Shown here one piece after another: positions 1 through 10,260 of a stretch of 35,186 nucleotides of DNA. Within the stretch, counting starts at the first letter, position 1; each line of letters opens with the position of its first letter. Source of the stretch: Barthelona sp. PAP020 (Eukaryota). The position numbers and the translations under genes are program-made. The notes beneath the pieces are model-generated. The model worked only from the letters and a program-made list of their open reading frames with translations. It did no database searches and was not told the origin of the DNA. The stretch lies in NCBI GenBank assembly GCA_040182905.1, contig JARQWU010000093.1:1-35186 (forward strand), written 5' to 3'.

Positions 1-129
1 TTGTTTTATTATTTGATAAATTTTGAAATACGAGAAATTTTGCTTGATTCAAATTCTGGCGCATTTCTTCACGCTTTTCTTTTTCCCTCCTTGTGAAATG
101 TCCGCTGCGCTTCATAATTAATTTCAACA

Positions 130-330
130 ATAAATTCTGAACAGTTTATATCCAACTCCTAGGTGTGGGGGGTTGTGGTTGAGATGTTAGCAGCGTGATC
201 TTTCTTTCCCTCTTAAAAAAGAAAGAAATTAAATTCGTAGAAACTGGACTAACCTAACAACAAAACAGATAATGTAAAATAAAATTTTTTCACTCCAAAC
301 TTTTGAAACTTTTGAAACTTTTGAAAGGTG
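130..330 (+). repeat. Dispersed non-coding repeat, copy 1 (inverted relative to the copy at ~31845-32002)
   Basis: 130-214 (taaattctgaacagtttatatccaactcctaggtgtggggggttgtggttgagatgttagcagcgtgatctttctttccctct) aligns closely with the reverse complement of 31920-32002. Weaker similarity continues to aaacttttgaaag at ~330. A partial third copy (gagaagttggc..ttgatc) lies at ~545-585. Confidence 0.85.
297..326. repeat. 9-bp tandem repeat (aaacttttg)x3
   Basis: Directly visible. The homologous position in the 31.85 kb copy has only one unit. Confidence 0.9.
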
Positions 331-732
331 ACAAGGAAACCTATTTTTTTCTTAATGATTTGGCAAATGTCTCTTCCACATTATGGAGTTCTGGTTGTAA
401 ACTGATTCATTTATTAGCGTACAAGTATTGAAACCTGTACGAGTTGGATATATTCAGATGTTGAAAATTTCGCTCTGCCAGCTCAAAAATAATTCGCGCC
501 ATCAAAACAGAAAATGATCATAAGAGCTTTTATAAAGATTATAGGATGAGAAGTTGGCCAGTTTGTGTTGATCAATTCTTGCTCTGATTCTGGTTTGTGA
601 ACCGATTGCTCTTTATAAAAAAAAAGAATCCACTTCTTGTGATTCTGTATTGTTCATCAATGTCATTTTTGATGAATTTCTTCAAAATTTGAAATACAAA
701 CTTTCGCGAAGATTACCAAAAAATTTCTTTAG

Positions 733-854
733 CAGTGGAAAACCTTATCCCGAACAGTCGTAGTTGACTGGTGAAATTTTGTGTGATAAACTTAGATTAT
801 TTGGAGATTAGAAATATAGAAACTTAACAAGCCTGATGTAAAGTGTAAGTTGAC
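733..854 (+). mobile_element. Possible decayed Merlin/ISXO2-like (IS1595 family) transposase fragment, N-terminal part
   Basis: One frame reads QWKTLSRTVVVDW*NFV**...KLNKPDVKC, then GTT GAC (VD) after a frameshift. This resembles the Merlin motif LS..TVVDW.NF.RE...K.GGPG.IV.ID at similar spacing. Several stops are present. Confidence 0.35.
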
Positions 855-910
855 ATGCAAGAATTCTCGACATACCCCATTTTGTTTTCTTGTGAATTAC
901 CCTGCAATTC

Positions 911-934
911 AAAAAAAAAAAAAAAAAAAAAAAA
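911..934 (+). repeat. Poly(A) tract, 24 nt
   Basis: Directly visible; the longest homopolymer in the window. Confidence 0.95.
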
Positions 935-999
935 CGTTTGTACATTTTTACGTTTGTTTGATTGTTTTGAATAAAAGTCAATAATTGACAATAAGAACA

Positions 1000-3900
1000 T
1001 TAATGTTTTGAGATTGAACCTGTCCTTATCCTTGCTTGACGATTAAAATCAAGAATTTTTTGTCTTGAACTTGGCCTCATTGTTGTATTTGTTGTATTAG
1101 AGGTTATATCATTATCTCTGAAAAGAACAGCACTCCCTGGACGTTTAGGTTGATTTTTAAATGTTTTAGGCACTATTGACTCATATGTAGAAGGTTTTCT
1201 AAACGATAAAGCACTTGTAGATCTTTGAGAATTATATCTTTGGTGTGAACTTGAGCTTGTTGAAGATAATGACCTGGTCGTATTAATATTTTCATCAACA
1301 CTGGTTTCTGTTTGGTCCAAATCCAATAAATCTACGTCCATATTATTTTCAAACAATCCTAATCTGGTTTGTAGATCTTGAACACGTGAAAAAGCCTCTG
1401 TCTTTAATTTTTTTTCTGTTTTTAGATCTTTTTCAAGTTTTTTTATTTTTTTTGCTAGCTTTTCATTTAAAAATGAAGAATCATTCAAACTTGAAGCTTG
1501 TTTCAAACGTTGTATCTCTTGATTCTTTTGCTGCAAACTCAACAATAACTTATCTACATCCATTTTTTCCAATTTGGAATATTTACGTACCTGTTCTTCC
1601 AAAGTAGCTAATTTCTTCCCTTTAGAAACCTTCCATTGCAACAATTTCATTTCATTCTTTTGTTTCGTTTCTAAGTCACGTTTTAAACCTTCTATTTCAC
1701 TTTCAGCAGTGTTTAAACTAGTTTGCAATTTACTGATTCTATTCTTCAAAATTAACTCCTTTTGTTCATAAGTAGAAGCTATGGTCAAACGCTCTTGTTT
1801 TACATTCTGTAACTTTTGTTCCAATTCTTCAACTTTTAAAGCATATTCTGATTGAGATCTTGTTTCACTCAATCTGGCCATTTGTTTAAAGTTTTCAAAC
1901 TGAGTTTCTGTTGAAATCAAACGACTTCTCAATTCAAGAATTTCTCGATCTTTGACATTCATTGTTTCTACAAATACAATAGAAGAATCTCCAATATCTT
2001 TTTCTTGCAGACTAGCTTTAGCAGCATTTAAAGTTGCTTGTTGTATATCAAACAGAGAAGATAACAATCCAGCATTCAATTCTGTCTGATAATGACTGAA
2101 GTTTTGACGCTCACTTACCATCTGAGCAGTTAAATCTCCAATCAGTGAATCATATTGTTTCTTCACTTTAAATTCAATGTTTGCTTGCATTTCTTTCATT
2201 TCGTCTTTTTGTTGTGCAATAACTCTGGAAAGTCTTTCAACTTCAAAAAGAGTGACAAAAGATCGATCAATGGCTTCGCTTGATATTCTGGTAGATTTGG
2301 TCGATATTTCTTTTGTCAATTTTTGCTGCAATGTATCAATAGTTGCAAGCAATTGTTTTACTCGGAACGAGAACAAATATTCTAAACTATTCATGTTAGT
2401 TATCATCTCATGGTTGACAACTGTGTTGAGATTGAATATTTTTTTACCAAAATTTTCCAAAATATTCACAAACTTATCGTATTGAATGAATAAGCTTTGT
2501 TCACCACTAAAAGAGTTAGTTTCTAAAGAAGCGTTTGCAAGAACAGATTGCATAAATTCTTGTAATTGGGTTGATAGAGCTATAGTGTTGGAAGTATAAT
2601 TAGATCTCAGTCGTTCCATTGCAAGACTATCTTGTTCTTCTCTATCTTTTTCATTCTTGGTTAACAACTGCTTTAGATGTCTAATATCAAAATCTTTAAG
2701 CACATGATCATAATTTACTAACTCATGAGGCAACATATTCTTTGGAAATGTATGTTTTCCACTCAATAGAGCAAAACGTTTCAACATTTCATCAAACATG
2801 ATATTAGTTTGTTGCAATTGAATTTTTATCAAACTGTTATCAATGAATCGGTTTAGCAAAAAGTTGCATAATTTTATAAATTTTTGGGGTTTCTTCAACC
2901 AAAAAGTGATAATTTTCCCCAACTCGAACATACGTCTCTCATTGTCATTCAAAATAGTTGTTTCCTTCTCTTTGATGTCAGATGAATCATTGATGCTATC
3001 ATCCATAATTTTGATATCAGAACCTCTAGGGATAGTCAAACTTTGATCCATTTGTCGTTTTTCAGCAATAAACTTGTCAGGTTGAAATAAAAATATGTTG
3101 GTAGCAAGATAATGTAATAATAGTCTATCAGATCTATCAATATCATAATCAAACAATCTTGCCAATTGAGAAATATCTTGTTTTAAAGATTTGACATGAT
3201 CTCTATTATATTCTTTAAAATCTTCATCAATTTCATTCAAACCTGCCAAACCTTGATCATTCTCTTCATCATCAATTAAAATGGAATTGATGATACTTTT
3301 TAAATTTAAAGATTCGAAATTATTTGCTTGAATTTCTTCTAGCATATTGAATCCGTATAGCTGAATAAAATCTTCAAAGACATTGGGAATGCTTTTAATT
3401 GCCTCTAAATCCAACACAAGTCCATTATTCTCCAATTTTTCCATACTTCTTAATAATTCAAGATCATTTTGAGATTCATTTACAACTGATAAATATGAAC
3501 CCTTTCTCAATAGTAAAAAGAAAGTTAAAATTTCTTGATAATATTCACATAGAATATCAATTGCTTCTAAAGGAGATGCGCCTGGTGAAATAAGATCATT
3601 TTCAATGAAAACTTCATCATGTAACAAATCAAAAACAAATTTCACGCCTATTATTGATAATTTAATGGAATTTGGTAAAACTGCCAATTGTTGACATAAA
3701 TTTGCCTGAACTAATTTAAATTTTGCAATATTTATTGGATGTTTGACAAAATCAAACAGATCATTGATCATAGTATCCAAAATATCGATGAAATTAGTTC
3801 TATCTTCAGCAATCATTCTTAATTCACTTATATGTAAACTAACAATGAAATTACATAAACAATGATAACATTCACGTTCTAAATAATTCAAGATTTGCAA

Positions 3901-6900
3901 GATCAAAATATTTTTATTTTGTTTAGTTGTTGGACTTAAATTACTGGTTCCAGTTCCAGTTCCAGTGAAATTATTATTATTTTCTAAAACAGAAGAATAA
4001 CTTAATTCAAACGATTTTAATGAATGTGAAAAACTACGAATGCTTTCTTCCTTTGTACTTTCTGTATTTTGATATGATAAAAAGCTGATAGTTTTTTTGA
4101 AGAAAAGGACTAGATTTAATCTGTAAAAATATTCAAGATTGAAGTTTAATAATTTAATTTGATCAGAAGTTTCTGTATCCCATAACAATAATAAACTTTG
4201 AATAGAAGGAATGAAGAATAATTTGTCTGTATCTGTTCTACCCATTTTATCAACAATTGATAACAAATTTGCTTGAGCAGATGTTAGCTCATCTGCTTGT
4301 AATTTTGCAGGACAAATAAATAGATTCTCCTGTTCAATGATAAATGGTTTACATTTCCCTTCAGCAAATTCCAACAATTTAACTACATTATTCCTTTGAT
4401 CAATAAGTGCTAATCTTAAATAATAACTCTTAACACGATTCAATAACTCATTAACAAACCTACTGATCATTATAAAGGTAATATCTTGTTCATTTTCATA
4501 AATCTTACTTTGATGTTGTTTCATTAAGCTATTCTTTAAAATAAATTTCGTTTCGTTCAAACTACAAAAATATTTGGACAATTGCATGAAATAATTTTGA
4601 CACCAAACCTTTAAATGTCCAAATTCTCTAAAAAACTCTTTATTCTTTATATCATTGATATCTAACAATTGTAATTGAGTGATATAAAATGATTCACCCA
4701 TGATATCTCCGAATCTGAGTCTTAATTCTTGAATTCTTGAGTAATAATTAGCAAAATATGAATCTAATACTAATAGATTATGCCTTAATATAATCTCATT
4801 CGATAATGCTGAAGTTTCCTCAATTTGTAGCGTAACACGTTGATAATTTAATGAATCATTCTTAATTAATAAAGGTATTTGTTCAATATCATTCCAATCA
4901 AATATTTGTATCTCAGGATATAATTCAACCGTACTAAGATTCTTTCCTGGTAATTCATTAATCTTTGGATAATCAACCAATAAATTAAAAGGGGAAAATG
5001 AATTTGAGTTATCAGAATCAACATTCAATTGACCATTCAAGAATCTTTCTTGTTTGCTAATCAACTCGTTTAATATTTGTGTTTCAATACACTTATCAAA
5101 CAATTTATCTCTAATACTTAAACTTTCAATCATATTCATGTATAGTTGTAAAGGTAAAGAAGGTAAATAAGGCGGTAACCAGATTTCACTACAATCTATT
5201 GAATTTGGTAAACCATTGATCTTTCTTTGATATTGTGAAGGTTGTAAAAGGGTTAAATCAGTAACATTTGAAGTCAACTGTTTTGGATAAACAGTTTCAT
5301 TACTTATAATCCCTTCATAATTCTTATAACTCTGAATAATGTTTAAAATTGACAATTCATGATGTAAAGGATTCTTTAATAAATGCAAATTATCAAATCT
5401 ACCAACGTTATCTTCATTATTTGTTTGTGAAGGTAATACCAAATCGAACGCCCAATTACTTTGCAATTCTTTCTTGAATTGATACAATATCGACTGAAAT
5501 TCTTGGAAAACAATGCAGTTTAATAGGGTTTTAGCAATTGTATTTGATCGAGGTTTATTATCTCTTCCTTTCATTTCATTTTCATGATTATGATCAGGAT
5601 CAGGATTGATATCATTTTGGGTCTTCATTAACAGTTTTCTCAGTTCAACTTCATTTAAATGTATGACATCGAATAAATCAAGAATATTGGTTAAACATTC
5701 ACTAAAACTGAATAGATCACTCTTATTACTGTTCAAAGATACATGCATCATTGGCATTGACATTGACATTTCAGAATTAATGTTCAACAATACTTTTAAA
5801 TCGTCAAAACCACTAAGATCTTGAACCAATTTCTTTTTTAAAACAACATCACGTGTTAGTTGGAAAGAAATTAAATCTTTTAACAAAGTACTTAACATTT
5901 CCAAGTAGACAATCTGTATTGTGAATTGTTGAACAAAATCAATGTTCTTTGGGTCAATTGAAGGTTGAATATATATAACATAATTGATAATTCTTGCCAA
6001 TTGAATCAAATTTGCTAAGTCAGTCGTATGTTCAAAGATCTCCATCAAATTAATGACAATCTTTTGTTTAGACTGCTCAAATCTTAATCTAGTCTCATAT
6101 AAATACTTTTCTAGCTCGATTCGATCTATAGTCGATCTACCACAAATAATGCTTTCATCCTTTCCTTTTTTATACTCTGAATTTAATCTACCATATTGAT
6201 TTTCAAACAATTTTTTCATACTATCAGGAATATCTTGATCTTTATTTTCAACTTCATTTAAATAATAGGAACCTAATCGCATCATTTCATCTTCAATATT
6301 ATCAAACCATTTTAAAGCTAGTTCATATTGAATCAAACATCCTTCACTGTTAACAATAACAATATCTTTGTCTCGAGATTGGGTAAATGTGTCCAATTTT
6401 AAAAATTGTCCAATTTCATCTTCATTATTTGTATTGCTTGCATATTGCAAAACTAAACTAATATTACGTTGAATAGCAACAAAATAATTGAAACAACCTG
6501 ATAATTTTGTACGATAGTCCCTGATCAATAAATGTCTTAGAAAATAATAACTGATCAACTTACGTATTGATAAGCTTTGTTTCAATTCACCTTTCAAACT
6601 ATCAATATCATCCATCAAATCACTGTAACGACTTTTTTCTCGATCTCCAGTCAATGCAGCAGTTTCACCAATATGAAAACCAATTCCTCTATCAACATGT
6701 ACTGAAGCTAAATCTTTTAAACGTTTAGTTACGTAATCAACATCATTTGAACATAAAAAATCAACTTCAATTCTCAGTAAATTATCATAATTTACTTTCG
6801 TAATCAATTCACGATCAACGGATTCATTTTCATCCAAAAAGTTAAAAATACTGTAATGTTTGAACTTGTTTGATGCTTCTTTATTTACAATCACTTTTTC

Positions 6901-8316
6901 ATCCACTAACTCCAGCAAACGTTCAAAAGCTTGCTTGGAACAGTACTTAGTTGTGAAATCATTACCCTTTAAGATAACTTCAGTATCTTCCGTTTGATTA
7001 TCAACACTTAAAATGGGTTTCAAAATTTCATCAAAGAGGAAATTATTTTCAACACTTTTCAACTTTTGTTTTTGATTCCTTTGTCGATTGCAATGTAAGT
7101 TGAAATTCTCAAAATAATTTTCATCCTCAAATTTCGTCGTGTTTGTATATTCAGGTACAATAAATGTCGGTTTCATCGCACTAGAAGGTAAAAATTCACT
7201 TAAAACTCTTTGTAATTTGAACTTTTCAGAAAAACTTTTTTGAACCTCAAAATAAAAATTTTCTTGAGATTCATCCGAGTATTTAAATCCTAGCTTGAAA
7301 GTATCAGTAAATTCAAATAAAACTGCTTCAATTTCATTTGTTTCCAAAGAATAAATAGGATTGAATGAATTTTTAGCAAATTGTAAATATCTGCAGTTCT
7401 TCTTGTAAATAATTTGATTCTCCTCTGGATCTGAAATAATATCTAACAACTTTGTTAGCAAGTCATATCTATGCGTTATGTGCAAATACTTGAAGCGGCT
7501 GAAAAGATTCATTAACTCAGTGTTAGCAGATTTTTTAAACAAATAATTTCGCAGGTAAATCGATAGGTCTCGTTGGGTTATTCCTGCATTGTTTATATCA
7601 ACTTCAGTTATATCCAATTTCTTTTGTGCCACAAGCGAATTTTCAATTCTTTTCATACAGTTGACAGCTAATTGTAGATCACTTGAATTTTTTGACAAGA
7701 GTTTTAGAAAATTCTGGTGAACTTGAGTTAATTCATCAGTCACTTCTAATCTTGAATTTTTTCGTAAATATATGGTTAAATATGTATTAAACCGAATGAA
7801 CAATTTAAATTTCATCAACTTATTGTTATACACACGTTCTTTAAAAAATTCAAGAAGCATATTTTGAAAATTAAGCGGTGTCAAAGAAGAATATTCCAAC
7901 TTTTGAATCTCTTCAACCCTTTTATCAAAATCTTTGTTATCAAACAGTAAAGCCCCAGGTAATTCAAAACATTTACTAAAATTTTGCCGAGATTTGGCAA
8001 AATCTTTCAAAGTAGGTAATTTTTCAACAGCTGCCAACTGGGCAGTATCAACATCAATATCTCCAACATTCTCTTTAAATGATTTGGACAATTGATTTAC
8101 TAAATTTTCATTCTTTTGTAAAGTACAATATAGTTTATACTCATTTAAAATTTGATTTAAACTCCTTTCATCATTTATATCAACTTTAAATTTAAAATTC
8201 TCTTCTTCTTTGGGTAGAGTATCAATAAAATGTTGTAATTTTATTTTTTCGTGATTATAATTCTTTAAATAATCTTTAAAATCATCAATTTCATTATCAG
8301 TTACATTAATTTCCAT
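1000..8316 (-). CDS. Giant helical/coiled-coil protein (2438 aa), probably CCDC162/DUF4549-like
   Basis: Uninterrupted 7.3 kb ORF with an ATG start, a long C-terminal coiled coil and a Ser-rich tail. Segments CFNYFVAIQRNISL, IVNSEGCLIQYELALKWFDNIEDEMMRLGSYYL and IDRIELEKYLYE...FEHTTD...LARIINYVIYIQPSID recall CCDC162-family blocks (from memory, unverified). Confidence 0.6.
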   Translation of the reverse strand: MEINVTDNEIDDFKDYLKNYNHEKIKLQHFIDTLPKEEENFKFKVDINDERSLNQILNEYKLYCTLQKNENLVNQLSKSFKENVGDIDVDTAQLAAVEKLPTLKDFAKSRQNFSKCFELPGALLFDNKDFDKRVEEIQKLEYSSLTPLNFQNMLLEFFKERVYNNKLMKFKLFIRFNTYLTIYLRKNSRLEVTDELTQVHQNFLKLLSKNSSDLQLAVNCMKRIENSLVAQKKLDITEVDINNAGITQRDLSIYLRNYLFKKSANTELMNLFSRFKYLHITHRYDLLTKLLDIISDPEENQIIYKKNCRYLQFAKNSFNPIYSLETNEIEAVLFEFTDTFKLGFKYSDESQENFYFEVQKSFSEKFKLQRVLSEFLPSSAMKPTFIVPEYTNTTKFEDENYFENFNLHCNRQRNQKQKLKSVENNFLFDEILKPILSVDNQTEDTEVILKGNDFTTKYCSKQAFERLLELVDEKVIVNKEASNKFKHYSIFNFLDENESVDRELITKVNYDNLLRIEVDFLCSNDVDYVTKRLKDLASVHVDRGIGFHIGETAALTGDREKSRYSDLMDDIDSLKGELKQSLSIRKLISYYFLRHLLIRDYRTKLSGCFNYFVAIQRNISLVLQYASNTNNEDEIGQFLKLDTFTQSRDKDIVIVNSEGCLIQYELALKWFDNIEDEMMRLGSYYLNEVENKDQDIPDSMKKLFENQYGRLNSEYKKGKDESIICGRSTIDRIELEKYLYETRLRFEQSKQKIVINLMEIFEHTTDLANLIQLARIINYVIYIQPSIDPKNIDFVQQFTIQIVYLEMLSTLLKDLISFQLTRDVVLKKKLVQDLSGFDDLKVLLNINSEMSMSMPMMHVSLNSNKSDLFSFSECLTNILDLFDVIHLNEVELRKLLMKTQNDINPDPDHNHENEMKGRDNKPRSNTIAKTLLNCIVFQEFQSILYQFKKELQSNWAFDLVLPSQTNNEDNVGRFDNLHLLKNPLHHELSILNIIQSYKNYEGIISNETVYPKQLTSNVTDLTLLQPSQYQRKINGLPNSIDCSEIWLPPYLPSLPLQLYMNMIESLSIRDKLFDKCIETQILNELISKQERFLNGQLNVDSDNSNSFSPFNLLVDYPKINELPGKNLSTVELYPEIQIFDWNDIEQIPLLIKNDSLNYQRVTLQIEETSALSNEIILRHNLLVLDSYFANYYSRIQELRLRFGDIMGESFYITQLQLLDINDIKNKEFFREFGHLKVWCQNYFMQLSKYFCSLNETKFILKNSLMKQHQSKIYENEQDITFIMISRFVNELLNRVKSYYLRLALIDQRNNVVKLLEFAEGKCKPFIIEQENLFICPAKLQADELTSAQANLLSIVDKMGRTDTDKLFFIPSIQSLLLLWDTETSDQIKLLNFNLEYFYRLNLVLFFKKTISFLSYQNTESTKEESIRSFSHSLKSFELSYSSVLENNNNFTGTGTGTSNLSPTTKQNKNILILQILNYLERECYHCLCNFIVSLHISELRMIAEDRTNFIDILDTMINDLFDFVKHPINIAKFKLVQANLCQQLAVLPNSIKLSIIGVKFVFDLLHDEVFIENDLISPGASPLEAIDILCEYYQEILTFFLLLRKGSYLSVVNESQNDLELLRSMEKLENNGLVLDLEAIKSIPNVFEDFIQLYGFNMLEEIQANNFESLNLKSIINSILIDDEENDQGLAGLNEIDEDFKEYNRDHVKSLKQDISQLARLFDYDIDRSDRLLLHYLATNIFLFQPDKFIAEKRQMDQSLTIPRGSDIKIMDDSINDSSDIKEKETTILNDNERRMFELGKIITFWLKKPQKFIKLCNFLLNRFIDNSLIKIQLQQTNIMFDEMLKRFALLSGKHTFPKNMLPHELVNYDHVLKDFDIRHLKQLLTKNEKDREEQDSLAMERLRSNYTSNTIALSTQLQEFMQSVLANASLETNSFSGEQSLFIQYDKFVNILENFGKKIFNLNTVVNHEMITNMNSLEYLFSFRVKQLLATIDTLQQKLTKEISTKSTRISSEAIDRSFVTLFEVERLSRVIAQQKDEMKEMQANIEFKVKKQYDSLIGDLTAQMVSERQNFSHYQTELNAGLLSSLFDIQQATLNAAKASLQEKDIGDSSIVFVETMNVKDREILELRSRLISTETQFENFKQMARLSETRSQSEYALKVEELEQKLQNVKQERLTIASTYEQKELILKNRISKLQTSLNTAESEIEGLKRDLETKQKNEMKLLQWKVSKGKKLATLEEQVRKYSKLEKMDVDKLLLSLQQKNQEIQRLKQASSLNDSSFLNEKLAKKIKKLEKDLKTEKKLKTEAFSRVQDLQTRLGLFENNMDVDLLDLDQTETSVDENINTTRSLSSTSSSSHQRYNSQRSTSALSFRKPSTYESIVPKTFKNQPKRPGSAVLFRDNDITSNTTNTTMRPSSRQKILDFNRQARIRTGSISKH

Positions 8317-8622
8317 AATTGTCTATCAATATTTAAGGTCGCCATAACTAAACAAAAAATAAAAATTGTTTTGAATCATCATATGTTCTTCACTTTGCAC
8401 AATCTATCGACTACTAGTTGATGAATATAATTTTTATTGCGTAATTGAGTGTTTTTGCCAAAGAATTATTAGTTTGAACATGTTTTTACTATTCCAACAA
8501 AATTCTTGTAAAAAAGAGAATAAATTGAGGGCTTTCAACATTAATTGTGAAATAATAGGAGAAAAACGTATTGAAACAATCATTTGCGATAATAATAAAG
8601 ATAATATATTTACTTCAATACA

Positions 8623-10014
8623 TCAAACTCTCCAATTAATCATTTCTTTTGAAGAGATGATGTCTTCGCTTTCTTTTACTTGAAGAGTTGTGTAACAATA
8701 ATTAAATAATCGATAATAACCATAAAAACTACTCAAATTTGGAAATTTTGATTTTTCAAGAGTTTTCTGATGATTTTCCCAATGTTTCATCAATTTAAAA
8801 ACTGAATCTACAAAACTAGTCATTCTATAATGTAAGACGTATCCATGATCAAACATCCTGTCTGAAAGTGGAGCTTGGGCATAAATATCTTTGACAATCC
8901 CTTTGTAATTTAAAATTGTTGTGTTTGGTTGGCAAAAAGCAAAGTGAGCAAAGGTTTGGGTCAAAGTGTTATTTACAGACACGATTAGTCGTGTGTATCG
9001 TGAATCCCAATACATCGAACCTGACTTATCCTTCCAACAAACAGTGTTCAGCAAACCTCCTTGGTTTCTCTTTGCTGGATGATAGAAACGACCTTGTCCA
9101 ATAAGTTCCAACCATGGAATCTGAAGATAGCACAAATCAGTGAGATTAGTTGCAGGATGAAATTTTTGGGCTATCTCAATAATCGCCTCTTTAATCCGAC
9201 CTTTGGAATTTGGTAAAGTTAAAAATTCATCAACCGAATTAGATATTAAAAAGTCAACATTTGCTTGTTTAGCAAGATGCAAAGCATCACAGTAGCTGTT
9301 TGAATCCCAACTGATGGCCTTACAGAAAGAATGTGCATACTTAGACGAATTGCTGAAATCTTTAATAACAACGTAAGGCTCATATTTATGAAGAACCTCC
9401 AACGTACCATCAGTGCTACCAGAATCATAAACTAAGATTTTCTCCACACCTAAGCTATGTACGTATTGTATCCATTCTTCCACTTGTCTGACTTCATTTA
9501 AGGTTTGTGTAACTAACCATACATTTGATTTGTATAAAGGCTTGGTAACAGGCTTGTAGATAGGACCTGAATCAAAAGAAATGGGGACAAAGTTAATAGA
9601 ATCCCATGGTACTTTATTTTCTGCAATTTGATAATAATAATATAAATCAAGCTTTGAAAATGGATCTTTATTTGTGATATTATTCGGAATTTCAGGAACT
9701 AAACCTTCTTTCAAAAGTTTAATCATTAATTTTGACATTTTGGTGGTTCTTGGATGTTGTTTTTTCGTTTTAGCCAAATCTGCAAAATATTGTTCAACTT
9801 TTTCAACTGGATAAGGAAGAGTATCAATAAATTGTTGATAAGGAGATATCACTGAATTTTTTTTAAAACCTTGAAACAAAGAACTATTATATTTAATTAA
9901 AGAATCAGTTGAAAACTTCTCAAAAGTAAAGGAAAAGGATACAATGGAAAAAAAGAGAAGCAAAAGAGATGATATTATATATATAAATAAAAGACCATTT
10001 CGATGCAATTTCAT
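8623..10014 (-). CDS. Type II membrane glycosyltransferase, GT-A fold (GT92 / Glyco_tranf_2_4-like)
   Basis: First ATG is at 10014 (the track start is TTG). N-terminal TM anchor, then NEVRQVEEWIQYVHSLGVEKILVYDSGSTDGT, a DxD-position motif SVDEFL and a late LHY motif. Confidence 0.8.
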   Translation of the reverse strand: MKLHRNGLLFIYIISSLLLLFFSIVSFSFTFEKFSTDSLIKYNSSLFQGFKKNSVISPYQQFIDTLPYPVEKVEQYFADLAKTKKQHPRTTKMSKLMIKLLKEGLVPEIPNNITNKDPFSKLDLYYYYQIAENKVPWDSINFVPISFDSGPIYKPVTKPLYKSNVWLVTQTLNEVRQVEEWIQYVHSLGVEKILVYDSGSTDGTLEVLHKYEPYVVIKDFSNSSKYAHSFCKAISWDSNSYCDALHLAKQANVDFLISNSVDEFLTLPNSKGRIKEAIIEIAQKFHPATNLTDLCYLQIPWLELIGQGRFYHPAKRNQGGLLNTVCWKDKSGSMYWDSRYTRLIVSVNNTLTQTFAHFAFCQPNTTILNYKGIVKDIYAQAPLSDRMFDHGYVLHYRMTSFVDSVFKLMKHWENHQKTLEKSKFPNLSSFYGYYRLFNYCYTTLQVKESEDIISSKEMINWRV

Positions 10015-10260
10015 GATTTCACTTTGTGAAATGAAAAAAATATTTGATAAATTTTGCTTTGTCTTTTTGATCAAACATTGATTTTTTTATTTTTTGTAAA
10101 CATGGCATTTAATCTGTATTGAACATTGTTTTTGTCAAATAAATCTGAAAAAAAAAATAAAAAAAATTCAAAATCATCGATATATTTATCAAAACTCTTT
10201 TTTTAACTGTTTCAAGAAAAAATAGAAATGGTAAAGTGTCAAATTTTCAATTTTTATCCT

